From positions 33,124-97,123 of the forward strand of contig JAOUOP010000020.1 of assembly GCA_029880325.1 (NCBI GenBank): a stretch of DNA of 64,000 nucleotides, read 5' to 3'. The notes beneath the pieces are model-generated. The model worked only from the letters and a program-made list of their open reading frames with translations. It made no database searches and had not been told where the DNA came from. A program made the translations under genes and the position numbers. Each line of letters begins with the position of its first letter. Position 1 is the first letter of the stretch. Below, in pieces: positions 29,915 to 40,487 of the stretch. The DNA is from Myxococcales bacterium. Lineage in GTDB: Bacteria; Myxococcota_A; Polyangia; Polyangiales; JAFGIB01.

Positions 29915-31945
29915 TCAGCCGCCGGCGCGCTGGCGCTTGCCGTGGCGCGCTGCCCAGCCTGCGAGTTCGGGCGGGTAGCGCACGTGCACTGCGCCGCTGG
30001 CCTGGCGTCGATGCCAGTCGCAGGGCGCCTGGGGCACGCTGCCTTCGATGAAGAGTTCGCGCTTTTGGTGTGGGCAACCGGCCGCCGGGCGCTTGCCCGA
30101 CAGCGGACATACGGCGGCGGCGACCAGGCCTTCGGGCGCCTCCGGTAGCTGCAGCGGTCGACCCGCGCTGGCCAGGAGCAGGGCGGTCCGGGCCAGGGGG
30201 GCGGCCGCTTCCATGCCCGACAGGCCGCGGGTGGGCTGGCCGTCGAAGCGACCGGTCCAGGCCGCGGCCGTGAGCTCAGTGGTGGCGAAGATGGCCACGG
30301 TGTCGGCAAAGCCCCGCGCGGTGCCGGTCTTGACCGCGACGGGATAGGGAAGGTCGGCGGCCAGCTCGGTGCCAAAGACCTTCCGCCGCGCTTCGGGGTC
30401 GGCCAGCATGTCGAGGGTGAGCCAGGCGGCCTGGGCGCTGACCACGCGCTGCTCGGGCGGCGCGGGCGAAAGCAGCGGTGCCTCCCCGGGAGGCGTGAAG
30501 CGAAGCAATCCCTGGGCGTGGGTGGCCATGCCGTCGCGCACCAGAAAGCCATAACTCGCAGCCAAGTCGAGCAGGCGCACCTTGGCCGAGCCCAGGGCCA
30601 GGCGCGGGCCGTAGTCGTCGATGTCACCCTCCAGGCTGCCGACGCCCGCCCGCCGCAGGGTGTCCATCACCGCGCCGATGCCCACCTTTTCCAGCACCTG
30701 CACGGCGGCTAGGTTGTAGCTGCCGGCCAGGGCCTGGCGGTAGCGCGAGGGACCGTGCTCGCGCGGTGGCAGCTCGCGCACGCGATAGGCCGAGGCAACG
30801 TCGAAGGCGTCGAAGGCGATGCTGGCGGGGCTTTCGCCGCGTTCGATGGCGGTGGCGTAGACGAAGGGCTTGAGCGCCGAGCCCGGATGGCGCCTGCGGG
30901 TGACGATGTTGAGCTGTCCGCCAGGGAGATCGAAGCCGGCCGAGCCCACCATGGCCAACACTTGCCCACTTTGACTGTCGAGCACCACGGCCCCGGCCTG
31001 CTCGGCGCCGCGGGCCCTGAGCGCATCCACGTGCTCGCGCACGCGGCGCTCGAGAGCGCGGTTGAGTTCGAGATCCAGCGTGCTTCGCACCACGCCGCCG
31101 CGCGCGCGCAGCTCTTCCGGTAGCTCCTGCAGCAGCCAGTCGACGAAGTGTCCGGCCTCGAAGCTCGAATCCGCCCGCGCGAATTCAAGTGGCTCGGCCG
31201 TCGCGCGCTGCGCTGCTGCGGCCTCGAGCTTGCCCTGCTCGACCAGCAGCGACAGCAGGTGCTGGCGTCGGCGCAGGGCGCGCCCGCGGTGGCGCGTGGG
31301 ATCGTAGTAGCTGGGGTTGCGCGGCAGCACGGTCAGCAAGCTTGCCTCGCCAAGCGAGAGCGACGCGGCGGGCTTGCCGAAGTAGCGGCGGGCGGCGGCG
31401 TCGATGCCGTGGGCGCCGTGGCCGTAATAGGCGCGGTTGAGGTATTGCTCGAGAATTTCGCGCTTGCTGAGCACGCGCTCGACCCGCAGCGCCAGGTGCA
31501 TCTCGCGCAGCTTGTTCGTCAGGGTGCGCGGTTTGCCCGGCGAGTGCACCATGCGCATCAGTTGCATGGTCAAGGTGGAGGCGCCATATTCGATGCCCCC
31601 GGCCCGCAGGTTGAGCACCAGCGCGCGCAGCACGCTGTAGGGGTCGATGCCTTCGTGTTCGAAGAAGCGCTGGTCTTCGCTGGCCAGGAGCGTCAGAATC
31701 GCGTGGGAGCTGATGCGCTCGAGGGGTACCCAGGCGCTGCGGCCCTCGCGCGCTCCTCCTCTTCCGCCGGCCGGCAGTCGCCGCAGCACCCGGCCGTTGC
31801 GGTCCTCGATGATCAAGGGTTCGCCGCCCTCGGGGTACAGCGATTCGAGCGGGTAGGGCAGAAAGCTCGAGGCCAAAAGCAGCGTGAAGCCGAGGCAAAA
31901 GAGCGGTGCCAGGCTGCGGCCCAGGACCTTCAGTGCGCGCTTCAT
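29915..31945 (-). CDS. pbpC: Penicillin-binding protein 1C
   Basis: EDQRFFEHEGID, GASTLTMQL, PGSALKPF, SYN, KTGT; directly downstream of alpha-2-macroglobulin. Confidence 0.92.
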   Translation of the reverse strand: MKRALKVLGRSLAPLFCLGFTLLLASSFLPYPLESLYPEGGEPLIIEDRNGRVLRRLPAGGRGGAREGRSAWVPLERISSHAILTLLASEDQRFFEHEGIDPYSVLRALVLNLRAGGIEYGASTLTMQLMRMVHSPGKPRTLTNKLREMHLALRVERVLSKREILEQYLNRAYYGHGAHGIDAAARRYFGKPAASLSLGEASLLTVLPRNPSYYDPTRHRGRALRRRQHLLSLLVEQGKLEAAAAQRATAEPLEFARADSSFEAGHFVDWLLQELPEELRARGGVVRSTLDLELNRALERRVREHVDALRARGAEQAGAVVLDSQSGQVLAMVGSAGFDLPGGQLNIVTRRRHPGSALKPFVYATAIERGESPASIAFDAFDVASAYRVRELPPREHGPSRYRQALAGSYNLAAVQVLEKVGIGAVMDTLRRAGVGSLEGDIDDYGPRLALGSAKVRLLDLAASYGFLVRDGMATHAQGLLRFTPPGEAPLLSPAPPEQRVVSAQAAWLTLDMLADPEARRKVFGTELAADLPYPVAVKTGTARGFADTVAIFATTELTAAAWTGRFDGQPTRGLSGMEAAAPLARTALLLASAGRPLQLPEAPEGLVAAAVCPLSGKRPAAGCPHQKRELFIEGSVPQAPCDWHRRQASGAVHVRYPPELAGWAARHGKRQRAGG

Positions 31946-34900
31946 GGCTTCACCTGGAGTTTCATGGCCGCGGTGGAGGCGAAAAGCCCCGGCTCGTACA
32001 TGGCCTCGGCCCGCGCTGGCGCCGCCGTGAACTGTCCGGCCACCGACGCGCGCATCAGGTATTCGTAGACGTGGGTTCCGGCCGGCAGCCGATCGGAGAA
32101 GGCCCAGACGGCATCATCGCGCAGGGCGTGGTGATCCCAAATGCCGTAGCCATCGTCGTATGCGTGGTCGTAGTCCCGCTGTCGCTGACCGCCCTCCGTC
32201 GCGAGCTTGCCGTTGACCGCCTCGAAGCCCGCCGGCAGCGCGTCGCTGAGGGCCAGGTAGTAGACGCTCTCGCTGGACTTGACGCGTAGTCGTACCTTGA
32301 CCAGCTGGCCGCGGGTGACCCGCTCAAGGGCTGTTCCGCTTTCGGGGTCCAGGTATTCGCGCTCCACATGCAGCACGTCGGCCTGGGGCTCGGGCGCCTT
32401 GACCTCGCGAACGAAGTGCTGTCTCAGGCTCAGCTGCACCGGCTGGCTGCTGTCGAGTCCCAGCCGGCCGCCGCCGAGTTTGGTCAGTGGGCGACTCAGG
32501 CGCAGCACGGCCGGACCCTCGATGCGCTTTTCGAGCAGGCGCTTGCCGTCCAGCGTGACCGCCACCGTGGCCACTTGCCCCTCGAGGCTGCGGGCGTAGT
32601 CGGCCAGGGCGATCAGGGCGTAGAGGTTTTCCTGGGTATTGCCGAAGCGGCCACTCCGTCCGCGCGCCGAAAGCAACTCCTCGACCAGGGGTCGAATGCG
32701 CGGGTGGCCAGGTGCCGCCTCGATCAGCGCCGAAAGCGCGATGGCGCGGTCGCGGGTATTGCTGCTCATGTAGCGCGCCCGACCTTCCGACGGCCAGCCG
32801 CCGAAGCCCTGGTCGCCCCCTTCGAGGGCGTTTGCCAGCTCGGCCAGCAGCCCATCGCGCTGGGTGCTCTTGGCACCGCTGCGCGTCAGCGCCCGCAACA
32901 AAAATGCCTTGCCGTAGACGGGCAGCGCCGAGCGCGCTTCGAAGAGGCGCGCCAGCAGGCCCTGGTCGACCCGATCGTGGACGGCCAGAACGTGGGCCGC
33001 CATGGCCATGGTGGCGATTTCACCTCCGGGTGAAAGCGACCGCTCGGCGCCGTTGGCCCAGTCGCGCAGGGCATCGAGGCCCTTTTCGAGCGCGCGGGCC
33101 TCGACCTTCACGCCGGCGCGCTGGGCCTCGGTCAGGCCCATCATGGCGTAGGCCGTCAGGTGGGGGCGTTCGGTGCCGCCGGGCCACAGGCTGAAGTGGC
33201 CGTCGTCGTGTTGGTGGCGCAGCACCTTGGCCACGCCCTGCTCGATGAAGCGCTCGAGCTTACCGTCGCGTAGTTCGGCGAGTTTCATGCTGCGCGCCAG
33301 GTCTTCGACCTTCACCAGCGGAATCACGCCTGAGAGGGTCTGCTCCAGGCAGCCGTAGGGGTAGCGGATCAGATAGCGCAGGCTCGGCTCCAGCGACGCC
33401 AACCCGGTTTGGTCCACGCGTAGCTCCAGGCGGCTTTCCTCGGGCAGTACCTGCTCGGGCCAGCTGAGATCGAAGCTCTTTGCGCCCTGTAGCGTCCCTG
33501 CATGGAGGGTCGACCATTCGCTGTGCAGCGGGCGCTCGATGGGCAGGCGCTTCTCAAAGGCGTCGTGATGTTCGCCCAGCTGCACCGAAAGCAAGACCCG
33601 CGCCTCCGAGCGCTTGCCCGCGCTGACGGCGAAGAGCGCGGCCTTGCTCTCGCCGGCCTCGAGCGCCACGCGCTGCTCTCCATCCTTGGCCCAAAGGCCC
33701 TGGGTCTCGAGCGTGACCAGGGCTTCGCCCGCCGCGCCGCTGCGATTGTGGATCACGGCGCCCACCCACATGCGATCGCCGCTGCGCGCAAAACGCGGTA
33801 ACACGGGCTTGGCCACAAGCGCCTTGCTCACAACGATGCGGTGGTCACCGCTGCCGAAGCGAGCGCCGCGGTCGGCGGCCACCGCCATCAGGCGAAAGGT
33901 GGTGAGGTTGTCGGGTGCAACGAACGCGAAGCGGGCCTCACCGCGGGCGTCGGTGGTCAGCGCCGGCAGCCACAGGGCCGAGGCCAAAAAGCGCGAGCGC
34001 ACGCGGGGGCTCTCGCCTCCCGGTCCATCGCCGCCCTCCTCTTCGCCGCCGTCGGCGCCGTCCGGGGCATCGAGGCGCGCCACGCGCGTCCAGTTGGTGC
34101 TGTTGTCGATGCCGAGGCCAAAGGGCGCGTAAAAAGCGGCCATGGGGTCGGGTGTCTGGTAGTTGATCAGGGCCAGCACGCCCTGATCGGCGGCCGACAG
34201 GCTCAGCTCGGCGCGCACAGGCCTGTGCCCGTCGCGCACGCGCACCGTACCCATCACGCGCTCGCCGGGCTCGTAGCTCGGCTTGTCGGTCGCGATCTCC
34301 ACCTGAAGCCGCTGCTGCTCGGCGCTGACGGTCAGCTCGACCACGCCGAGCTTCATGCTCGGCCGGTAGCGGTCGCCCTGGCCACGACGGCCTTGCACCA
34401 CGGCCACAGAGGCATAGACGTTGGGCGCGTGCTCGCTCGACAGCGCCACATCGATGGCCTCCCCGGAACTCCCGGGCTGCACCACGAAGGCTTCGACAAT
34501 GCCGGCGCGCTCGAGCGTGACCAGCACGCTGGCGCCGGCGGTGTCGGCTCGCGGCAGGAGCTTGGCCTGTTGTCCGGGTTGATAGCGATCGCGGTCGGCA
34601 ATCACCGAGATGCGCTCGGAGCCGTAGTCGGCCCAGGCGCCGGCGCCGCTGCCGTAGATCCACAGCGGGCTCGAGGCCGCCACGCGCGTGCCGCGGCCGT
34701 CGTTGGCCTCGAGGGTCACCACGTACTCGCCGGTCTCCTCGACGCGTAGGTGCTCGGCCCGGGTGCCGGTGGTCAGCGTCAGCGCGCGCGTCCAGAGCGT
34801 CTTGTGCTCGCGCTTGCAGCTGCTGTAGACGCGATAGCGGCCCTCGTAGTCGCACTTCCAGCTGCGCTTGGTCAGGCTCAGCGTTGCGCTGCCCGCCATG

Positions 34901-37524
34901 GGTTGCCCGTCGCGGTCGAGGGAGACCAGCTCCAGGTTCACATCGCTTCCGGCCCGGTAGGCCCAGCGGCCGTGGCGCAGGCCCAGGTAGCGAAAGCTTC
35001 GGTGGGCGGTGGCGACGATGCGCTTGCTCACGCTCTGCCCGCTGGCGTCCTGGACCCGCAGTCGCAGCAGGTAGTCCTGGGGGCCATCGAGCGACTCGGC
35101 CCGATCGCGCAGCTCGATGTGAACGCGGCCGTTCTCGTCGGTGCGGGCCGTGTCTTCGGTGACGTAGTGGGTATCGCCTTCGTAGGCGTCGTAGAAGTCG
35201 TAGAAGTCGTCGTCGGTGGCGGCCTCGTCGAAATCGAAGCGGTCGTAGCCGGCAAAGCGTGCACGGTGAGGCCTGCGCTGCACCTCCCAGTGAACTTCGG
35301 CGTTTTTGACCGGCGCGCCGAAGAGGTAGCGTACCTCGAAGTCGAACTTCATGGCTTCACCCAAAGTCATGGGATCGCGCTTGGCTCCCTTGGGCTCGGT
35401 GATCTCGAAGCCCACGGCGCGGAACTCTTCGACGCTGAAGTTTTCGCGGAAGCTCTGGCCGCCGAGTTCGGCGCGCACCGTGTAGTCGCCGAGGTCGGCG
35501 GCCTCGGGCAGGGCCAGGTCGAAGTGGAAGCCGCCGAAGGCGCTGAGCTTGAGCTTCCTGTCGTAGATGCGCTCGCCGCGCGGATCGTCCACCGTCACCG
35601 CCACCCGGCGCGCGCGCGGCAGCCGTGGCGGCTCGGCCACCGCCACCTCGCGCAAAAGTCCCTTGAAGTGCACGGTTTCGCCGGGTCGGTAGATGCCGCG
35701 ATCGCTCTGGATCAGGCCGCGGATGCGCGTGAGGCCGGGACTGCGATCGCTGTGCACGCCAAAGTTCCAGGCCTGCAGCCCGTCATACCAGCGCCCATCG
35801 ACGATGGCGCGGTCGTCGTCTTTTTCGACCACAGCCAGAAGTCGCTGTCCGTAGGCGCCCAGGGCATCCTCGCGCGTGCGGGGCTTGCTGCGCGATAGCA
35901 GCTCGGTCGTGCCGGGCGTGTGCACAAGGCCCGAGGCATCGCTTGTACCGCTCCAAAGGCGTTTGCCCTCGCCGTAGAGCACCACCTGCGCGCCGGCGAC
36001 CGGTTGACCGTCGGATAAGCGGGTCACCCAGACCAGACCCGAAGCGGGACCGGCCTTCATCAGCACGCCCAGATCTGTGACGTTGCCCAAAAGGCGGTAG
36101 GGCTGGCGCCGGTAGTAGCGGGAGTCGTCGCCTTGGACCTCGGGAGCGCGCAGCTCCGCCAGGTAGAGCCCGCCCCTGGCCTTACTCTTGTTGCTGCTGC
36201 GGCACAGCTCGGGCAGATCCAGGTGCGTCAGCGTCCACTTGTTCTTGACGTCCGAGAGCTTCACCTCGCGCTCGACCAGGCGCAGCCCCAGACCTTGAAA
36301 GTCCAGGGGCTCGTCCTCGTCCCGGTAGTGGTAGGGGCCGTAGCTGATGCCGGCCGCCAACACCGAGGTGATCTTCGAGGCCGGCACGGCGGCGCAGGCC
36401 AGCGAGACGCGGCCGACATTGCGCGACCACAGGGGGTAGGGCTCGCCGCGGGCCTCGATGGCGTAGATGCCGGTCTGCACCTGGACCCGCGGCTTGGCGT
36501 CGGTGGTCTCGAAGCGCTGCACGAAGTCGCGGCCGAGGCGCTGGCCGAAGCGGTCGCGCAGTTCGCCGTCGACCCGCAGCTGGTAGCGGGTGGTGGCTGC
36601 CAGATCGATCTCGGCGCTGAAGCGGCGCGGTCCGCGCGCCACCCAGGCCTGCTCGAAGCCCTTGACCTCGGGTTTGATCGTGACCTTTTCCTTCAGCTCA
36701 TCGAGCGAGACCGGTGTGGCGAAAGTCAACTCGAGCCGCAGTTCATCCGGCGTCACCTTGCCGCTGCCCGAGGGGATGGCCAGCGTGACGCCGGCATCGG
36801 GCCGCACGGAAAAGAGCATGGCGAAGGGGGTGGCCAGGGGTTCGTTGCCGCCGTCGGCCGGCAGCCCCTGGCATTCGAAGAGATATCCCTCGCCCTGCTT
36901 CAAGGCCTCGGCGGTGGCCAGCTCGATGCGACTGGCCACGCGCTCGGGCTCGGGGGTCTCGAGCTTCACCCCATGCTTTCCGTCATCGGAGTGCAGCGAG
37001 CAGTGCTCCAGCACGTCGGCGGCCCTGACGGCGTCGCTGGCCTCCAGCCACAGCTCGGGTTGACTGGCAGTCCATTCACTGTCCAGGCCGGCGACGCGCT
37101 CGATGCTGAGCGGCCGGTGCACGAAACTCAGGGGCTCAGTGCGATCGAGGCGCGCGTGGAGGGGCGCCTTCAGCGAAAGCGTGTAGCGGGTGGCCGCCCG
37201 CAGCGGCGAAAGCGGCTCGACCTCGAGTGTCTGGCGGTCGCGATAGCGGGCTCGAAAGTGCAGGGCCGGCTCGATCGAAAGCGGCGCCTGCGCAAGCCAG
37301 GCGCCCACGGCCTCTGCTTCGACCACGGGCGCATCGAAACCGATGCGGATCGGGTTTTGCGTTGCAGCCCCGTCGTCCGCTTCAGGCGCGTCCGAAGCGC
37401 CGTAGTCAAAGCTGACCACGTGCAGCGCCTGCTGGGCGCCCCGCCCCAGGCCCGCGTCCACGCTCTTGCAGCTTATCAGCTGCGCGATGACAAGAATAAA
37501 CCACCAATCGATCAAGCGCCCCAT
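31942..37524 (-). CDS. Bacterial alpha-2-macroglobulin (MG2 domain lipoprotein)
   Basis: LISC lipobox, SDRGIYRPGETV, PDNLTTFR, intact thioester YPYGCLEQ, DALPAGFE, AEAMYEP. Confidence 0.95.
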   Translation of the reverse strand: MGRLIDWWFILVIAQLISCKSVDAGLGRGAQQALHVVSFDYGASDAPEADDGAATQNPIRIGFDAPVVEAEAVGAWLAQAPLSIEPALHFRARYRDRQTLEVEPLSPLRAATRYTLSLKAPLHARLDRTEPLSFVHRPLSIERVAGLDSEWTASQPELWLEASDAVRAADVLEHCSLHSDDGKHGVKLETPEPERVASRIELATAEALKQGEGYLFECQGLPADGGNEPLATPFAMLFSVRPDAGVTLAIPSGSGKVTPDELRLELTFATPVSLDELKEKVTIKPEVKGFEQAWVARGPRRFSAEIDLAATTRYQLRVDGELRDRFGQRLGRDFVQRFETTDAKPRVQVQTGIYAIEARGEPYPLWSRNVGRVSLACAAVPASKITSVLAAGISYGPYHYRDEDEPLDFQGLGLRLVEREVKLSDVKNKWTLTHLDLPELCRSSNKSKARGGLYLAELRAPEVQGDDSRYYRRQPYRLLGNVTDLGVLMKAGPASGLVWVTRLSDGQPVAGAQVVLYGEGKRLWSGTSDASGLVHTPGTTELLSRSKPRTREDALGAYGQRLLAVVEKDDDRAIVDGRWYDGLQAWNFGVHSDRSPGLTRIRGLIQSDRGIYRPGETVHFKGLLREVAVAEPPRLPRARRVAVTVDDPRGERIYDRKLKLSAFGGFHFDLALPEAADLGDYTVRAELGGQSFRENFSVEEFRAVGFEITEPKGAKRDPMTLGEAMKFDFEVRYLFGAPVKNAEVHWEVQRRPHRARFAGYDRFDFDEAATDDDFYDFYDAYEGDTHYVTEDTARTDENGRVHIELRDRAESLDGPQDYLLRLRVQDASGQSVSKRIVATAHRSFRYLGLRHGRWAYRAGSDVNLELVSLDRDGQPMAGSATLSLTKRSWKCDYEGRYRVYSSCKREHKTLWTRALTLTTGTRAEHLRVEETGEYVVTLEANDGRGTRVAASSPLWIYGSGAGAWADYGSERISVIADRDRYQPGQQAKLLPRADTAGASVLVTLERAGIVEAFVVQPGSSGEAIDVALSSEHAPNVYASVAVVQGRRGQGDRYRPSMKLGVVELTVSAEQQRLQVEIATDKPSYEPGERVMGTVRVRDGHRPVRAELSLSAADQGVLALINYQTPDPMAAFYAPFGLGIDNSTNWTRVARLDAPDGADGGEEEGGDGPGGESPRVRSRFLASALWLPALTTDARGEARFAFVAPDNLTTFRLMAVAADRGARFGSGDHRIVVSKALVAKPVLPRFARSGDRMWVGAVIHNRSGAAGEALVTLETQGLWAKDGEQRVALEAGESKAALFAVSAGKRSEARVLLSVQLGEHHDAFEKRLPIERPLHSEWSTLHAGTLQGAKSFDLSWPEQVLPEESRLELRVDQTGLASLEPSLRYLIRYPYGCLEQTLSGVIPLVKVEDLARSMKLAELRDGKLERFIEQGVAKVLRHQHDDGHFSLWPGGTERPHLTAYAMMGLTEAQRAGVKVEARALEKGLDALRDWANGAERSLSPGGEIATMAMAAHVLAVHDRVDQGLLARLFEARSALPVYGKAFLLRALTRSGAKSTQRDGLLAELANALEGGDQGFGGWPSEGRARYMSSNTRDRAIALSALIEAAPGHPRIRPLVEELLSARGRSGRFGNTQENLYALIALADYARSLEGQVATVAVTLDGKRLLEKRIEGPAVLRLSRPLTKLGGGRLGLDSSQPVQLSLRQHFVREVKAPEPQADVLHVEREYLDPESGTALERVTRGQLVKVRLRVKSSESVYYLALSDALPAGFEAVNGKLATEGGQRQRDYDHAYDDGYGIWDHHALRDDAVWAFSDRLPAGTHVYEYLMRASVAGQFTAAPARAEAMYEPGLFASTAAMKLQVKP

Positions 37525-37691
37525 GGCGACCCTCCGGCTTCGGAATGAGTTCCCCCCCAAAGAGAGCAAGAGGGGTGCCAAGGTCGGGCTGTGGCAATTG
37601 CGGGGAAAAGTGCCGCGCGCCCGGGCGCGCCGGTGCACTCGGCTCGGATTTACAGCATGGTGCTATAAATCATGGCTTCTGCGCGGGGGCC

Positions 37692-38276
37692 TCAGGAGCC
37701 GCAACCGCCGCCGCAACCGCCGCCGCAGCTGCTGCCGCAAGAACTTCCACCACAGCTGCTGCCGCAGCTGCTGCTGCCGCTGTCGCCCCCGCTGTCGCCG
37801 CCGAAGAAGCTCGGGAAGAAGCCGCCGCCGCTGTCGCCGCTGCTGCTTCCGATATCGCTGCCGCCGAAAGTCTCGAAGCAGAGGAGTTCGGCCGCGTAGG
37901 GTGCGGAGCCCGCGTCGCGCTCAAGCGCGTGGCGCAGCCGTGGCAGCACGCGCAGGGCCTCGGCCGGTCCCGGTGGCAGCGGAGTGTCCATGGCCTGTGG
38001 TGGTTCACGATCGACGAGACGCCGGTAGCGCCGCTCGAGGTTTCGCGCCACCTGCAGGCTACAGGGCCAGACCCGCGCGAGGTTTCGCCAGCGCTTTTCG
38101 ATCAGGCCCTGCGCGTAGTGCTCCAGGCGGGCTGGTTCCAGGCCCGCGAGCATCGCGCGCTCCGAAGGTGACAACTCGTAGTCGGCCAGGGCTGCCTTCG
38201 GATCGGCCTTGAAGCGTCGCCGCAGCGCCGCGTCGGTGGAAAGCGCGACCAACGCTTCTTGATAGGCCGCCAGCAC
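37692..38276 (-). CDS. Helical DUF692-partner/NHLP-like domain fused to a Gly/Ser/Cys low-complexity tail
   Basis: TDAALRRRFKADPKAALADYELSPSE...LIEKR...ELLCFE followed by SCGSSCGGSSCGSSCGGGCGGGCGS. Confidence 0.7.
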   Translation of the reverse strand: MLAAYQEALVALSTDAALRRRFKADPKAALADYELSPSERAMLAGLEPARLEHYAQGLIEKRWRNLARVWPCSLQVARNLERRYRRLVDREPPQAMDTPLPPGPAEALRVLPRLRHALERDAGSAPYAAELLCFETFGGSDIGSSSGDSGGGFFPSFFGGDSGGDSGSSSCGSSCGGSSCGSSCGGGCGGGCGS

Positions 38277-38433
38277 GATTGCAGTTTGGCAGCGGCGGGG
38301 CGTGCGAACAAGCACTGTCGCGGGAGCTTTCGGGGGGCTGGCCTGCGATCGGCTGCTGCTCCTTCGGGGCCGGGCGTGCCGGGCGTCCTCGCCACGTACC
38401 TTCATGAAGCATCCGGATTCGACCCCAGCTCCG

Positions 38434-39081
38434 CTACGGCCCCGTAAAGCTCACGTCCTGCTCCACCGTTTCCCCGTCGGCCACGGTGATGGTGGTGTCG
38501 CCCTCGGCTTCGTAGACGGTGGCCAGGTTGTCGTCGGGCTGGTTGGGATCGAGGACCTCGACGTAGAGCGACCACTGGCCCGCATCGACCATGGTGATCT
38601 CGTAGCCAAAGGTGGGCGTTTCGCAGACCGAGACGATGTCGAAGAGGTTTTCTCCCAATACGCCAGATTGCAGGCCGTCGGCCCCGATCATCAGGTTGAG
38701 CTGGTAGCCCCGGTCGAGGCCGTCGGGCAGGGTGCCGGTGCCACGGATGGTCGCGGTGCCCGCGTGGCCGAAGGGGGAGCCGACGAAGTCGCAGCCCATT
38801 TGGATGCCGAAGAGGTCGAGCAGGTCGGCGCTGGGGTCGCCGGCTGCCCCTGCGGCACCGTCGGTAGCTGCGGCGCCCGCTGCGCCGTCCATGGTGGCGG
38901 CTTGGCCTCCGCTTCCGTCGCCTCCGCTGCCGCCCGCTGCGCTGTCAGCCGGCTCGCCGGTTGCAGGAGCTGTTGAATCGCCCGCGGTCGTATTGGAGGA
39001 ATCGCCGTCGCCGCTGCAGGCGCTGGCGAGGAGCACCAGGGAGAGTAGGGGCGACAGAAGCATGGGGGGTGTGGGGGGCAT
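38434..39081 (-). CDS. Hypothetical lipoprotein
   Basis: ASAC lipobox, Ala/Gly linker, acidic beta-rich C-terminal domain. Confidence 0.75.
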   Translation of the reverse strand: MPPTPPMLLSPLLSLVLLASACSGDGDSSNTTAGDSTAPATGEPADSAAGGSGGDGSGGQAATMDGAAGAAATDGAAGAAGDPSADLLDLFGIQMGCDFVGSPFGHAGTATIRGTGTLPDGLDRGYQLNLMIGADGLQSGVLGENLFDIVSVCETPTFGYEITMVDAGQWSLYVEVLDPNQPDDNLATVYEAEGDTTITVADGETVEQDVSFTGP

Positions 39082-39208
39082 GGGGGCAGTCTAGCCTCGC
39101 CCCCCACGCCTCACCACAGCGCTCGCCCGGAGAACCTCACCCGGCTGCGGCGCCCGCCGCCACTCCGTGTCATGATCGCCCACTTCCCCGCCCGCCCGAA
39201 GCTTTCCC

Positions 39209-40441
39209 ATGCGCCTCCGGCTCTCCCTCTACTGGCTCTTCGCCACCGGCGCGCTCGGCGTCTTCTTTCCCTACTTCACGCTCTATCTGCGCGAAAACAT
39301 CGGCCTCGGAGGGCAAGAGCTGGGTCTGGTGATGGCGATTCCACCCCTGGTCGGAAGCATCGCGCAGCCGCTTTGGGGGCAGCTGGCCGATCGCAGCGGC
39401 TCGCGCACGCGCACGCTTTCGATCTTGGCCCTGTGCGCCGCTTTTGGTTATGCCGGGCTGGCGCTGCCCCACGACTTCGCCAGCGTGGCGGTGGCCACGG
39501 TGCTCTTGGCGGTCTTTTCGACGCCGCTGGTGCCGATCGCGATGAGCGTGACGCTCGGAGCGCTCAGCGATCAGGGGCCGCTGGCTTTCGGGCGCGTGCG
39601 CGTCTGGGGCACGCTGGGCTTTCTGGTGGCGGTGGTGGGCTGTCCGCCCCTGCTGGGCGCGGTGGAGGCCGCCCTGGGGCTGCGAGCGGAGGCCGGTGGA
39701 CCTTCGCGGCCGGGGCTGCACCTGATCTTCCTGCTGGGTGCGCTGCTTCTGATTGTCGCCTCGCGCATGGCGGCGCGACTACCGGGCCATGCCAGTCTAT
39801 CGCTGCGCGCCTCGCGCGGTGACCTGGGTGCGCTGCTGCGCCATCGGGGCTATCGCAAGGTGTTGGTCTTCGTCTTCGGCAGCTACCTCTTCTTGCATGG
39901 GCCGATGTTCTTCTTTCCGGTCTACGTGCGCGAGCGCGGTGGCAGCATGGAGCACCTGAGCTACCTGTGGATCCTGATGCTCAGCCTCGAGGTGCCGCTG
40001 ATGATCTACTCGGGCAATCTCTTCGAGCGTATCGGCGCCCGCGCCATGGTCGCCATCGCCACCTTCGCCGGAGGCCTGCGCTGGGTGGTCTGTGCCCTTT
40101 CGCCGTCGCTAGCCTTTGCCGCACCGGTGCAGCTGCTCCATGCATTCACCGTCGCGGGTCTCATCGTCGGCGCTTCGCTGCACATCGACGCCACCATGCC
40201 GCCTGCCCTGCGCTCGACGGCCCAGGCGGGCTTGACCATGACCGGCGCCAACCTCGGCGGCATTGCCTCGAGCACCCTGTGCGGCGCGATCTTCGATCGC
40301 CACGGCATCGATGCGATCTACCTCTTCGGTGGCGTGGGTGCGGCCCTGTGGGCGCTGACGTCGCTGCTTCTGCTGCCGGGGTCTTCGCGTTCGCGGGTAG
40401 CGCCCGCAGAGATTTTGGCCAGCGAAAGGGGGACGCGGTAG
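39209..40441 (+). CDS. MFS transporter (MFS_1_like)
   Basis: QPLWGQLADR, FGRVRVWGTLGF, LEVP, QLLHAFT, LRSTAQ; about 12 TMs. Confidence 0.9.
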   Translation: MRLRLSLYWLFATGALGVFFPYFTLYLRENIGLGGQELGLVMAIPPLVGSIAQPLWGQLADRSGSRTRTLSILALCAAFGYAGLALPHDFASVAVATVLLAVFSTPLVPIAMSVTLGALSDQGPLAFGRVRVWGTLGFLVAVVGCPPLLGAVEAALGLRAEAGGPSRPGLHLIFLLGALLLIVASRMAARLPGHASLSLRASRGDLGALLRHRGYRKVLVFVFGSYLFLHGPMFFFPVYVRERGGSMEHLSYLWILMLSLEVPLMIYSGNLFERIGARAMVAIATFAGGLRWVVCALSPSLAFAAPVQLLHAFTVAGLIVGASLHIDATMPPALRSTAQAGLTMTGANLGGIASSTLCGAIFDRHGIDAIYLFGGVGAALWALTSLLLLPGSSRSRVAPAEILASERGTR

Positions 40442-40487
40442 CGCGCGTGAGGCCGACGGAGGCGCCGACCGAGTCCAAGCTTTGACC

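Noticed and set aside
29915-37524. Alpha-2-macroglobulin plus pbpC as a novel system
   Set aside because: Well-known conserved gene pair.
37696-37865. Short GCCGCA-rich tandem repeats as a CRISPR or VNTR
   Set aside because: They simply encode the Gly/Ser/Cys tail; no unique spacers and no cas genes.
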